Shown here piece by piece: positions 1 to 7,410 of a DNA stretch of 64,000 bases. This DNA comes from a virus. Location of the stretch: positions 7,570 through 71,569 of IMG/VR virus record IMGVR_UViG_3300046777_001673. The stretch is one strand, 5' to 3'. Made by a program: the position numbers and the translations under genes. Below the pieces are notes generated by a model. The model was not told where the DNA came from. It saw only the letters and a list, made by a program, of their open reading frames with translations, and ran no database searches. Position 1 is the first letter of the stretch. The number at the start of each line of letters is the position of its first letter.

Positions 1-292
1 TCACTCCACTGATAAAAGCTTTGAAGGAATTATCAAGATTGGGTTCGGTGTCAGTTTCACCACGCTCAGCATAATACAGAGTGCGGGATTTCATTTCTTT
101 CTGTTCCCAATCTTTATCAGTCCACAGAGAACTGATGTCACCGCCATCAATCAACTCTGCAGCTTGTTCGTAAGAGTTGAAGTGTTCTTTGAGTTTTTTA
201 CCATTCCACTCGGGATAGCCGTCCCAGTGACAATACACCGAGAGGACAGAGCCATCTTTGAGTTGAACACCAATGCGAGAACGAGTTGCCAT
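1..292 (-). CDS. Conserved phage hypothetical protein (partial, runs off window start)
   Basis: Manual translation MATRSRIGVQLKDGSVLSVYCHWDGYPEWNGKKLKEHF...; ATG at 292 directly downstream of a promoter cassette; absent from the ORF track because it is truncated. Confidence 0.75.
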   Translation of the reverse strand, partial: MATRSRIGVQLKDGSVLSVYCHWDGYPEWNGKKLKEHFNSYEQAAELIDGGDISSLWTDKDWEQKEMKSRTLYYAERGETDTEPNLDNSFKAFISGV

Positions 293-373
293 GGGTTTGA
301 TTGATTACTTGGCTAGTATGATGCACGATAGGGGTCTGTGGCGTCATCAGTGGACAGCCAGTGAAGTGTCACA
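287..373 (-). promoter_or_regulatory. Early-type promoter cassette with GACACTT-N6-CTGTCCAC motif, copy 1
   Basis: Aligns without gaps over about 87 bp to 990-1076, right up to the ATG. Confidence 0.65.
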
Positions 374-995
374 GGAACAAGTTTTTGTGAATGTGAAACA
401 GAACATTATACCGATTACTCGGATTCTTCTTACCCTCTCTTTGAAAGTGAAAGTAACTTTTTCCTTGCGAATTTTTCAGGTGAATACCACCACGCAGGAA
501 AACCCACTCACAATCATCCAACTTGTCAATGATTTCTTGGTAAGTCAACTCATATTCAACATTATTTTTAATGTCGTTGTAAATTACATGAGTAATGTTA
601 AATCCATTGCGAATCACAAGATCCACAACTTCTTTCTTATTCTCAGTCAAAAAGGTTCTGAACTCATCAACACATTCCGAATCAATCTGTTTGATAGTAT
701 AACGATCCTTTCCATTGTTGTTGAGATCCTTGTTACCACAGAACAAACGAATAAACTCAGCGGCATTTCCAACAATACCGAGAGTTTTAATAAAGTGATT
801 CTGAGTAGTTAAGTGAACTTGGGTGCTACTGCCACTTGCGTTCTTAATACTTTTATTGATGTCACCATTTGATCCATCAATCTTAGTACGGCTACCACCA
901 ATCTGTTGAAGATTATGTTTCTCACAGATCTGTTTTTCTTTTACATCAGAGTATTCTTCTCTGATCTTGTAACCTTGTTCAGCTGTGAGAGCCAT
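369..995 (-). CDS. Putative PD-(D/E)XK restriction-endonuclease-like protein
   Basis: TKID-x(8)-SIK spacing and a C-terminal FHFQREG motif reminiscent of HinP1I/MspI-type enzymes; recognised by eye only. Confidence 0.4.
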   Translation of the reverse strand: MALTAEQGYKIREEYSDVKEKQICEKHNLQQIGGSRTKIDGSNGDINKSIKNASGSSTQVHLTTQNHFIKTLGIVGNAAEFIRLFCGNKDLNNNGKDRYTIKQIDSECVDEFRTFLTENKKEVVDLVIRNGFNITHVIYNDIKNNVEYELTYQEIIDKLDDCEWVFLRGGIHLKNSQGKSYFHFQREGKKNPSNRYNVLFHIHKNLFL

Positions 996-1076
996 GATGT
1001 GAATTGATTATGAGGCTACTATGACTCATCCGTGAGACCAGAGGCGTCCTCGGTGGACAGCCCTGCAAGTGTCCTC
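990..1076 (-). promoter_or_regulatory. Early-type promoter cassette, copy 2
   Basis: GACACTT-GCAGGG-CTGTCCAC...GACGCC...TAGCC...TAATCAAT...CATGGC, same register as copy 1. Confidence 0.65.
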
Positions 1077-1207
1077 TTGCACCCATCCATGATGCAATCA
1101 ATAAAGTCCTGTTCCGTCCAAGTGTTTAAGATACTTTCGGTGGGATCATTTTCATCCCATGAAATATCAAATGAACCATCTTCTCTTTCTGTTACTTCAA
1201 TAGTCAT
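1019..1207 (-). CDS. Hypothetical protein, paralog of 50062..50283
   Basis: Both share an E-x-x-DGSF-x-x-x-WD-x-x-D pattern. Confidence 0.6.
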   Translation of the reverse strand: MTIEVTEREDGSFDISWDENDPTESILNTWTEQDFIDCIMDGCKRTLAGLSTEDASGLTDES

Positions 1208-1401
1208 TGTTGTTCCTTAACTACACAAGATGAATAAGAACACTTAAGATCACCAGAAGATCCAGAAACCGTAGATGTATGTTGTGGAGTCTTCATGTCT
1301 TGATTTACTGCATACAAATAAGTAATAGATGCAGACACACCAATGGCTGCGAATCCCCAAATAATACCAGTCACGAAACTTCTCATAGTTAATCCTCCCA
1401 A
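1204..1401 (-). CDS. Small hypothetical membrane protein
   Basis: N-terminal hydrophobic helix; operon-style overlaps. Confidence 0.5.
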   Translation of the reverse strand: MGGLTMRSFVTGIIWGFAAIGVSASITYLYAVNQDMKTPQHTSTVSGSSGDLKCSYSSCVVKEQQ

Positions 1402-1721
1402 GGTGGTTTACGATTCATAATTTCTCTAGTCCGTTCTACTATAACAGGATCTGGAGGTTCATTCAAGCGTTCTACAAGGGCATCAAAGTCCTTCGCAGGC
1501 AACACAATGCGTTCAGGTTTTACACCTTTACCCCAGAACTTCTCAAACTCCCACTGATAATTCATATCCAACCAACCACCATTCAGAGAGTTCCAAAACT
1601 CTCCCCAAACATGATAATCATCAAAGCGAAATCCTTGATGACTCATAAGACGATACCACCACCAGAATGGAGTGTAACGGAGCAATCTATTTGAAATAAT
1701 CCACTTGTTAATTAAGACCAT
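1389..1721 (-). CDS. Trp-rich hypothetical protein with a DUF1778/TacA-like C-terminus
   Basis: C-terminal RIVLPAKDFDALVERLNEPPDP. Confidence 0.5.
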   Translation of the reverse strand: MVLINKWIISNRLLRYTPFWWWYRLMSHQGFRFDDYHVWGEFWNSLNGGWLDMNYQWEFEKFWGKGVKPERIVLPAKDFDALVERLNEPPDPVIVERTREIMNRKPPWED

Positions 1722-1942
1722 CTTCCTAATCTTAGTTTGCGTTCAGGTGACATACGAGGATCATAAGGATCATCATAAGGATAGATGTATTCACAACACC
1801 AACCCCACGATAATGCCTCCCAGAAGTCATCATCCCCATAAGGATATTGGGTAGTGTAACAATCAATGATATACTCAATATTACGAAAACCCTCAATAAA
1901 CCATTCCCATTTGGTCATCTGCCAGTATTCTTTCCAGACCAT
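1712..1942 (-). CDS. Trp/Tyr-rich hypothetical protein
   Basis: ORF 1712..2059; likely start at MVWKEYW. Confidence 0.45.
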   Translation of the reverse strand: MVWKEYWQMTKWEWFIEGFRNIEYIIDCYTTQYPYGDDDFWEALSWGWCCEYIYPYDDPYDPRMSPERKLRLGRWS

Positions 1943-1946
1943 AGTA

Positions 1947-2129
1947 TTATCCGCAGTTGGGCATCCAGAGTGTAGAGAGTTTGTTTTTCTTTGCAGTGAT
2001 GTTGAAATGATCAATCTGACCATTCTTATGATAGATTCCACACCAGAGGAACCCATCATCCATCATCTCAAAGTGTACCATATCAATATCCTTGACGACA
2101 ATCTCATCAGGGTTCTTTTCATCGTTCAT
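1947..2129 (-). CDS. Hypothetical protein
   Basis: Fits the minus-strand gene tiling. Confidence 0.55.
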   Translation of the reverse strand: MNDEKNPDEIVVKDIDMVHFEMMDDGFLWCGIYHKNGQIDHFNITAKKNKLSTLWMPNCG

Positions 2130-2274
2130 TTTGCTTTCAGTGCAGCAGCTTGAATAATCTCACCAAGTTCCATCAGTTCCTGTTTCATTTCAGGTGTAGA
2201 AGTCTTTGCGACCTCATCATAGAACAGGGTAATAGCTGTTGTCAAGAGAATCAGTTGTCTGTATGTGAGGTTCA

Positions 2275-2835
2275 TCATGCTACACCATCCGCACTATCTT
2301 TGAATTCTTTTACTCTTTTCAGATACTCATTACTCTGACGATATAAACCATCAATCAAATCCTTGATGTCATCAATGGCAATCGTATCATACTCTACATT
2401 CATATTCTCACAACGGAGAGCGTCAATCATACATTCAAGTGTCATTGCCTGCATATGTTCTGGGGTAATTGGTGTGCCGTGAGGCATACCAGAACATTCT
2501 TCATTGTAGAAATGATTATATCGTGAGAGAACTGTTCTACTTCTTTCCTCTCGTTCCCATTGATCCTTCTCAATTTCAGCAAGACGAAGCATAGCATCCC
2601 CGTGTTTCTCATAGAGTTCATCAAGGGCATCAAGTGCCTTGCGTTCTGCTTCACGACGCTCAGCTTCCTCAAACATTGCATCAGGATAAGGTTCTTGGTT
2701 TCTCATAAGTCGTTTCAGTTGTTCTCTTCCGTATTCAGTGAGTTCGTGTTTTTTATTGCGAAGTTCTTCTATTTCTTCTTGGGAAAGATTGACCCACACC
2801 ATATCATCAGGGACAGGTAGATTGTGTTCAGTCAT
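2275..2835 (-). CDS. Hypothetical coiled-coil protein
   Basis: 186-aa ORF with ATGA overlap. Confidence 0.65.
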   Translation of the reverse strand: MTEHNLPVPDDMVWVNLSQEEIEELRNKKHELTEYGREQLKRLMRNQEPYPDAMFEEAERREAERKALDALDELYEKHGDAMLRLAEIEKDQWEREERSRTVLSRYNHFYNEECSGMPHGTPITPEHMQAMTLECMIDALRCENMNVEYDTIAIDDIKDLIDGLYRQSNEYLKRVKEFKDSADGVA

Positions 2836-3116
2836 CGCAACATCTCCTTCATTTTACGCAAACAATCATTAAATCCATCCACAAGTAATTCAGTATCTAC
2901 ATTTTGAGAACCAGCAGCAGATTGTTGTTCAGGCAACCATTCCTCAACAGCATCTACAATCTCATCACACATATCAATAGAGAAACCAAGTTTGTCTCTC
3001 ATAATGTACCAAAGCTTTTGTGCTTTAAATTTCTCAACTTGTTTGAGGATTACAAGTTTATCTTGAAGAGTTTTGATCTCTACTTCTAGTTTTTCAATTT
3101 CAGTCATATTTTCCAC
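2832..3116 (-). CDS. Hypothetical protein
   Basis: Shares the module TEIEKLEVEIKTLQDKL with 3100..3552 (TDIEKTEAEIKVLQKKL). Confidence 0.6.
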   Translation of the reverse strand: MENMTEIEKLEVEIKTLQDKLVILKQVEKFKAQKLWYIMRDKLGFSIDMCDEIVDAVEEWLPEQQSAAGSQNVDTELLVDGFNDCLRKMKEMLR

Positions 3117-3552
3117 CTTTTACCTCATTAAACCAAAGTCCTTCAAGAAGTCTTTCAGTTTCTTTATCAGTCACCATTACAAGTCTTGAAGTATCATCTT
3201 GTTTTTCTCGTCTCCACCATACAACATACCCATACTCATCAGTATATTCAATACGATAATAAGTTTTTTTATTATAAAAGACAATATGAACTTCACCAGA
3301 CCTTTCTGCTTCCATTCTTGGTTGAGATTTATGTGTCTCAATCTCTTTGAGGAGTTCCAGTTTCTTTTGAAGCACTTTGATTTCTGCTTCTGTCTTTTCA
3401 ATATCTGTGTTAAAAGTCATTTGTTTCAGGTAAGGAGTAGCATCCATCACACCATCCTCTTTTGCTTGTCTAAAAGCATTACGCAGACCTTCATCTACTT
3501 GCTCTGGTGTTTGTGGTGTTGGTTGAAAGTCAGTCATTTTCAGTTCCACCAT
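3100..3552 (-). CDS. Hypothetical protein
   Basis: Tiled minus-strand ORF; shared coiled-coil module. Confidence 0.6.
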   Translation of the reverse strand: MVELKMTDFQPTPQTPEQVDEGLRNAFRQAKEDGVMDATPYLKQMTFNTDIEKTEAEIKVLQKKLELLKEIETHKSQPRMEAERSGEVHIVFYNKKTYYRIEYTDEYGYVVWWRREKQDDTSRLVMVTDKETERLLEGLWFNEVKGGKYD

Positions 3553-3715
3553 AATAATGTTGTGCGTTGAGTGTTCTCCACATTATAATCTGTTCAAAAC
3601 ATTCTCCAAGATTACGACAAACGAAACTATCTTCATCCACCCCATCTGGCCCGTCCCAGATTGTAGCAGTATATCCTTTCGTGGGATGTGGAGTATAAGT
3701 AATTTCAATTCTCAT
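3530..3715 (-). CDS. Hypothetical protein
   Basis: Tiled ORF. Confidence 0.55.
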   Translation of the reverse strand: MRIEITYTPHPTKGYTATIWDGPDGVDEDSFVCRNLGECFEQIIMWRTLNAQHYYGGTEND

Positions 3716-3935
3716 TGGTCTTGGTACATCTCCCAGTATTATAACCCGTCAAGAAGGCTGAATGCAACCATTTGGTCATCAAGTCCTTACGGGTATTCAC
3801 ATCCTCAACTTCACAATCACCAAAGAACCACTCACAACGGAATGTAAAGTTACCATACTCTCCGTTGAACCATTCCTGAAATGCGACTTCGGCAGTATCT
3901 TCCCACTCCCATTCTGATGTAGGATGTTTAGTCAT
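3705..3935 (-). CDS. Hypothetical protein
   Basis: Tiled ORF. Confidence 0.55.
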   Translation of the reverse strand: MTKHPTSEWEWEDTAEVAFQEWFNGEYGNFTFRCEWFFGDCEVEDVNTRKDLMTKWLHSAFLTGYNTGRCTKTNEN

Positions 3936-4168
3936 TTGTTTTCGCAGTGTAGGAAATACTTATATTCTGCGGCTTGGTGTGGTGCATATCTTACTACATC
4001 ACATCCTTTGTATTGATCAACCACTTCAAATGATGGTTCCAATGGTTTACCACCTGAGGCAAAATAACCAAGCACAATCAAAATAAGAATGAAAACGCCG
4101 CAGGCACCAGCAAATACACCAAAACCACGGAGCAACTCTTTGAGTGCATACTTATCTTCAGGTGTCAT
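3932..4168 (-). CDS. Small membrane protein
   Basis: One TM helix plus FEVVDQYKGCDVVRY; likely start at MTPEDK. Confidence 0.6.
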   Translation of the reverse strand: MTPEDKYALKELLRGFGVFAGACGVFILILIVLGYFASGGKPLEPSFEVVDQYKGCDVVRYAPHQAAEYKYFLHCENK

Positions 4169-4350
4169 AGGTCTAATGGTTGTTGTGGGTCTTGATACCA
4201 AATTTCTTTATATGTAATCCACTTTTCTACATCAGTTTCCATTTGTGCCATCCAGTGAATACCATTTTTATCAATCGCATCAAGATAATGAATACCTGTC
4301 TTGGGGCAGATTACTCTGGATACTTGTGTGAATTTTACTCGTTCAGTCAT
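4165..4350 (-). CDS. Hypothetical protein
   Basis: Tiled ORF. Confidence 0.55.
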   Translation of the reverse strand: MTERVKFTQVSRVICPKTGIHYLDAIDKNGIHWMAQMETDVEKWITYKEIWYQDPQQPLDL

Positions 4351-4925
4351 TTCTCATCTATCCATACAAAAGAAAGACAATTTTTCATAAACCAACGACT
4401 AATCGCACTCGGTTTCTTATTCATATAATATCTCAAATATCCATTACCCATCGTATAATATCCTACTTCTTTACCACCAGATTTAATCACAAAATTGGAA
4501 GTAATATTACTACCAGTCGCAGTAAGTTTAGAACAATCTAAATTACCTATTGTAATTCTAGTTGGAAAACTACCATATTTTTTTGCGGATTCAAAGTTCT
4601 CAATAATACGATCAAACTTTTGATTGTACCGATACTCTTGATGGTATTTGAGTTGTGCGAACTTGTACTCTACATCCTCAATTTGTTTATCAATCTTCTC
4701 ATCAAACTCTTGTGAGATTTCTTCTAATGACTTGCGTGGTAATTGAAATGAACCTTTGATTTCAGGATGCTTATAAGGAATAGTGAAGTATTCCTTTGCG
4801 ACTTCATATTGTTCATTATCTTCACCCATAGAAGCAATCAAACCCATAGTATCAAAGACATTTTTTATATCTTTGATGGTTTTGAGTTTGCTTGTATCAA
4901 GTTTGTGATTTAATCTTTCAGTCAT
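4347..4925 (-). CDS. Hypothetical protein
   Basis: 192-aa ORF with ATGA overlaps. Confidence 0.65.
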   Translation of the reverse strand: MTERLNHKLDTSKLKTIKDIKNVFDTMGLIASMGEDNEQYEVAKEYFTIPYKHPEIKGSFQLPRKSLEEISQEFDEKIDKQIEDVEYKFAQLKYHQEYRYNQKFDRIIENFESAKKYGSFPTRITIGNLDCSKLTATGSNITSNFVIKSGGKEVGYYTMGNGYLRYYMNKKPSAISRWFMKNCLSFVWIDEK

Positions 4926-5179
4926 TTCAGTTCCTCTTCATCTTGTTCAATCTGAAAGATAGCATTTAGAAACTCCAGAGCATACTTACCCACAACCCAA
5001 GCATCTTTATCCTCAAAGAACCTATCACCGATGGTTCTCATATCATAACACTCTTTACCTTTATCAAAGAAAGCAATCACATAACAAATTTCTTTTCCTG
5101 GAATGTCTTCATACCACCTAACGAGTTCATACTTGTTATTGAACTTACACCAACGGAACTCAATATTACGAAATCTCAT
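4922..5179 (-). CDS. Hypothetical protein
   Basis: Tiled ORF. Confidence 0.6.
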   Translation of the reverse strand: MRFRNIEFRWCKFNNKYELVRWYEDIPGKEICYVIAFFDKGKECYDMRTIGDRFFEDKDAWVVGKYALEFLNAIFQIEQDEEELK

Positions 5180-5361
5180 GAGTAATACTCCGACTCATCA
5201 AATGTAAAGTATTCATGAATTGCAGACATCACTGCATCTTCAATAGCTTCTTTGATACTTTCTTCAGTGGGTTTCTCTACATGTTTATGGGCACGATGCC
5301 ATCCCCGTTTGACACCTTCCTCAACTGCAATATCAAGTATGTGATAGATTTTGGGTTTCAT
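5176..5361 (-). CDS. Hypothetical protein
   Basis: First ORF after promoter cassette 3. Confidence 0.6.
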   Translation of the reverse strand: MKPKIYHILDIAVEEGVKRGWHRAHKHVEKPTEESIKEAIEDAVMSAIHEYFTFDESEYYS

Positions 5362-5374
5362 GAGATTTCTGGTT

Positions 5375-5442
5375 TGATGTGGCCATCATACCACATCAGG
5401 TTTCTTCTGTCTCTTCGGGTGTGCCAGTTTCTGAAGTGTCCA
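5375..5442 (-). promoter_or_regulatory. Early-type promoter cassette, copy 3
   Basis: GACACTT-CAGAAA-CTGGCAC followed by TGTGG-TATGAT (-10) inside an 8-bp inverted repeat. Confidence 0.6.
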
Positions 5443-5767
5443 ACTCCACATCTTCTACAAGGTCTTTTAGTCTATTCATAAAGTCTTCATCCATTGGAAT
5501 TAACTTTTCTTCACCACGATCAATTCTGTCACACATTTCCATCAGGTATTCTAGAAACTCTTTTGGATATGTTTCATCCATATTGATGCTGCACCAGAAC
5601 CATTCGTAACACTCTTGATATGGATCATCTCGTTCCAGTAGAGCATAATCAGCATAGTTCCCACTGATGAGATCTCTCCACATCTTGAAGTTGTTCCAGA
5701 TCTCTCTCCAACCAGTCTGGAAACAGTGTCCGAAGTAATACTCAAACCAGTTCAGTTTTGTCTTCAT
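5396..5767 (-). CDS. Hypothetical protein
   Basis: 123-aa ORF. Confidence 0.6.
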   Translation of the reverse strand: MKTKLNWFEYYFGHCFQTGWREIWNNFKMWRDLISGNYADYALLERDDPYQECYEWFWCSINMDETYPKEFLEYLMEMCDRIDRGEEKLIPMDEDFMNRLKDLVEDVELDTSETGTPEETEET

Positions 5768-6038
5768 CTAAATTCTCCAAATGATCCCAACTCCAAGTAC
5801 GGGAAAGAACATCAATATCAAATCCAAACTTATATGCCCAGAATAGAATTCCCATAAAACCATTACTGCCAAATGTTATTTGACAATAAGGCCATCCAGG
5901 ATACTCATTCCAACTTACTGATACTTGGAGAAGTGATCTATTCTTTAGAAACTTGGGAAAATGTCTTCCCGTGTTTAAGATCTGAACATACCATTCGTGA
6001 CCAAAATCTTCACGATATTTGAGATTTATGAGATTCAT
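5742..6038 (-). CDS. Hypothetical protein
   Basis: Tiled ORF. Confidence 0.55.
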   Translation of the reverse strand: MNLINLKYREDFGHEWYVQILNTGRHFPKFLKNRSLLQVSVSWNEYPGWPYCQITFGSNGFMGILFWAYKFGFDIDVLSRTWSWDHLENLDEDKTELV

Positions 6039-6337
6039 TTATAATCGTCTCCATACTCAAGGCCAGACTCTGCGTTCATAAGTTCTACAGTAGTCTGATA
6101 TCCCTGTGCTACTGTGACTTCGTGTTGAATCGCAATATCCCGAAGTGTTTCTATATCATATTCAGGAGCAGTAATCCAACTGAATCCCTTACCAAAAGTA
6201 TTATCAGGGTTCACGATATACCAGTGGCAGGCAGTGTCGGGAACAAACACGGAACATTTAGTCCAGTCATTTTCCCATTGAGGAACCTGAACAAAAGAGA
6301 GTGCCGCAAAGATGAAACCAAGAAAACTAAGAATCAT
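6035..6337 (-). CDS. Hypothetical exported or membrane protein
   Basis: N-terminal hydrophobic segment. Confidence 0.55.
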   Translation of the reverse strand: MILSFLGFIFAALSFVQVPQWENDWTKCSVFVPDTACHWYIVNPDNTFGKGFSWITAPEYDIETLRDIAIQHEVTVAQGYQTTVELMNAESGLEYGDDYK

Positions 6338-6339
6338 GA

Positions 6340-6747
6340 TTAGTAACGATTACATCCGAACAATGCACCACCGATTGCTGCACCAACAGGAACAGACCAA
6401 TAGTAACCATTTCCACGGCTCATACTGGCAGCGACGCCACCACCCAATAGAGCACCTAATGCACTCTGAGTGGGATTGCAATAAACAGCGTTGTTGTAGT
6501 ACCTTGGCGCTGGTACTGGCGCTGGTGCAGGAGCATACTGCGGTTGTTGATAGGATACATCTCCACAAGGAACTTTATAGGATTGAGTCCTTACACTACC
6601 AGCAACATAGTTTCCATAACGATCATAGTATCCGGGTACATAAGTTTCACGAAACCTTGTGCAGGTCTGATACTCATATACCTGTTGAGCCTGAACTGGC
6701 ACTGAGAACAGAGATGCAACCAGTGGAAGTAGAAGCAGTTTTTTCAT
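6340..6747 (-). CDS. Exported protein with C-terminal glycine-zipper helices
   Basis: Signal peptide MKKLLLLPLVASLFSVPVQA; GALLGGGVAA and GAAIGGALFG. Confidence 0.65.
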   Translation of the reverse strand: MKKLLLLPLVASLFSVPVQAQQVYEYQTCTRFRETYVPGYYDRYGNYVAGSVRTQSYKVPCGDVSYQQPQYAPAPAPVPAPRYYNNAVYCNPTQSALGALLGGGVAASMSRGNGYYWSVPVGAAIGGALFGCNRY

Positions 6748-6800
6748 CGGTTTGATGTGTTTGACGCCACGATAACAGGTATTTAGGGTTTTGTCAAGGG

Positions 6801-7076
6801 CTACCAGAGAGACATTGGACATTCTGATGATTCAAATTTCCATTTCATTTGCATGTAACAACCACAGAGATAACATCTTTTACTATCTCTGTTGAATTGA
6901 GAACAATCGTTGCAAGTTTCTTCCCTTTGTTTATGTTTCTCATCCGAAACAAAAATGCCATCTCCAGCAACAATATTCTGTCCAACAGACTCAGCAAATT
7001 CCTTAAAATGTTTCATCTGTTCCCAAAAATCTGGATATTTTTTTGGATCTATAAAATCTGGGATAGGATCAGTCAT
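6801..7076 (-). CDS. Small Cys-rich (Zn or Fe-S binding) protein
   Basis: R-x-x-TCNDC...RCYLCGC...K...CP...W pattern. Confidence 0.65.
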   Translation of the reverse strand: MTDPIPDFIDPKKYPDFWEQMKHFKEFAESVGQNIVAGDGIFVSDEKHKQREETCNDCSQFNRDSKRCYLCGCYMQMKWKFESSECPMSLW

Positions 7077-7094
7077 ATTAAAACAAATAATTTA

Positions 7095-7156
7095 ATTGTA
7101 AAATAAAAAAAGGGGAGTTGTCAAGATTGACAAAGCCCCTTGAATATCTTTATAAT
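7095..7156. promoter_or_regulatory. Back-to-back sigma70-like promoters overlapping a terminator-like hairpin
   Basis: Minus TTGACA(7119-7124)-18-TACAAT(7095-7100); plus TTGACA(7127-7132)-18-TATAAT(7151-7156); AGGGG...CCCCT stem with a U-tract on the minus strand. Confidence 0.55.
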
Positions 7157-7176
7157 AACTCTGTGGAAGTTAAAGA

Positions 7177-7380
7177 TCAGTCTTTAGCTTCTTCTGAAGG
7201 TGGTGCAGGAATCTCTGTTCCTAAAGCGTTGAGAGCTTCTAATGCTCCTTGGATTTTAAGAAACTGTTCTTTCTTGATATTGAACTGTTTTTCAAGTTCC
7301 ATTAGTTCGTTTCTAAGTACATCAGCTTGTTTTACAAGTTGTGATGCCATATCATCTCTTTTCAATGAATCGTCAGCCAT
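7177..7380 (-). CDS. Small coiled-coil protein
   Basis: Follows the tail fibre; KIQGALEAL motif; CTAAATA late-promoter motif upstream. Confidence 0.65.
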   Translation of the reverse strand: MADDSLKRDDMASQLVKQADVLRNELMELEKQFNIKKEQFLKIQGALEALNALGTEIPAPPSEEAKD

Positions 7381-7410
7381 AAATTTCAGTAAAGGTGAAC
7401 TCTAACAATT

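Noticed and set aside
273-812. 179-aa plus-strand ORF, and the many other short plus-strand ORFs opposite minus-strand genes
   Set aside because: Antisense shadows of well-tiled minus-strand genes; Ile/Phe/Ser-rich composition, no RBS or motifs.
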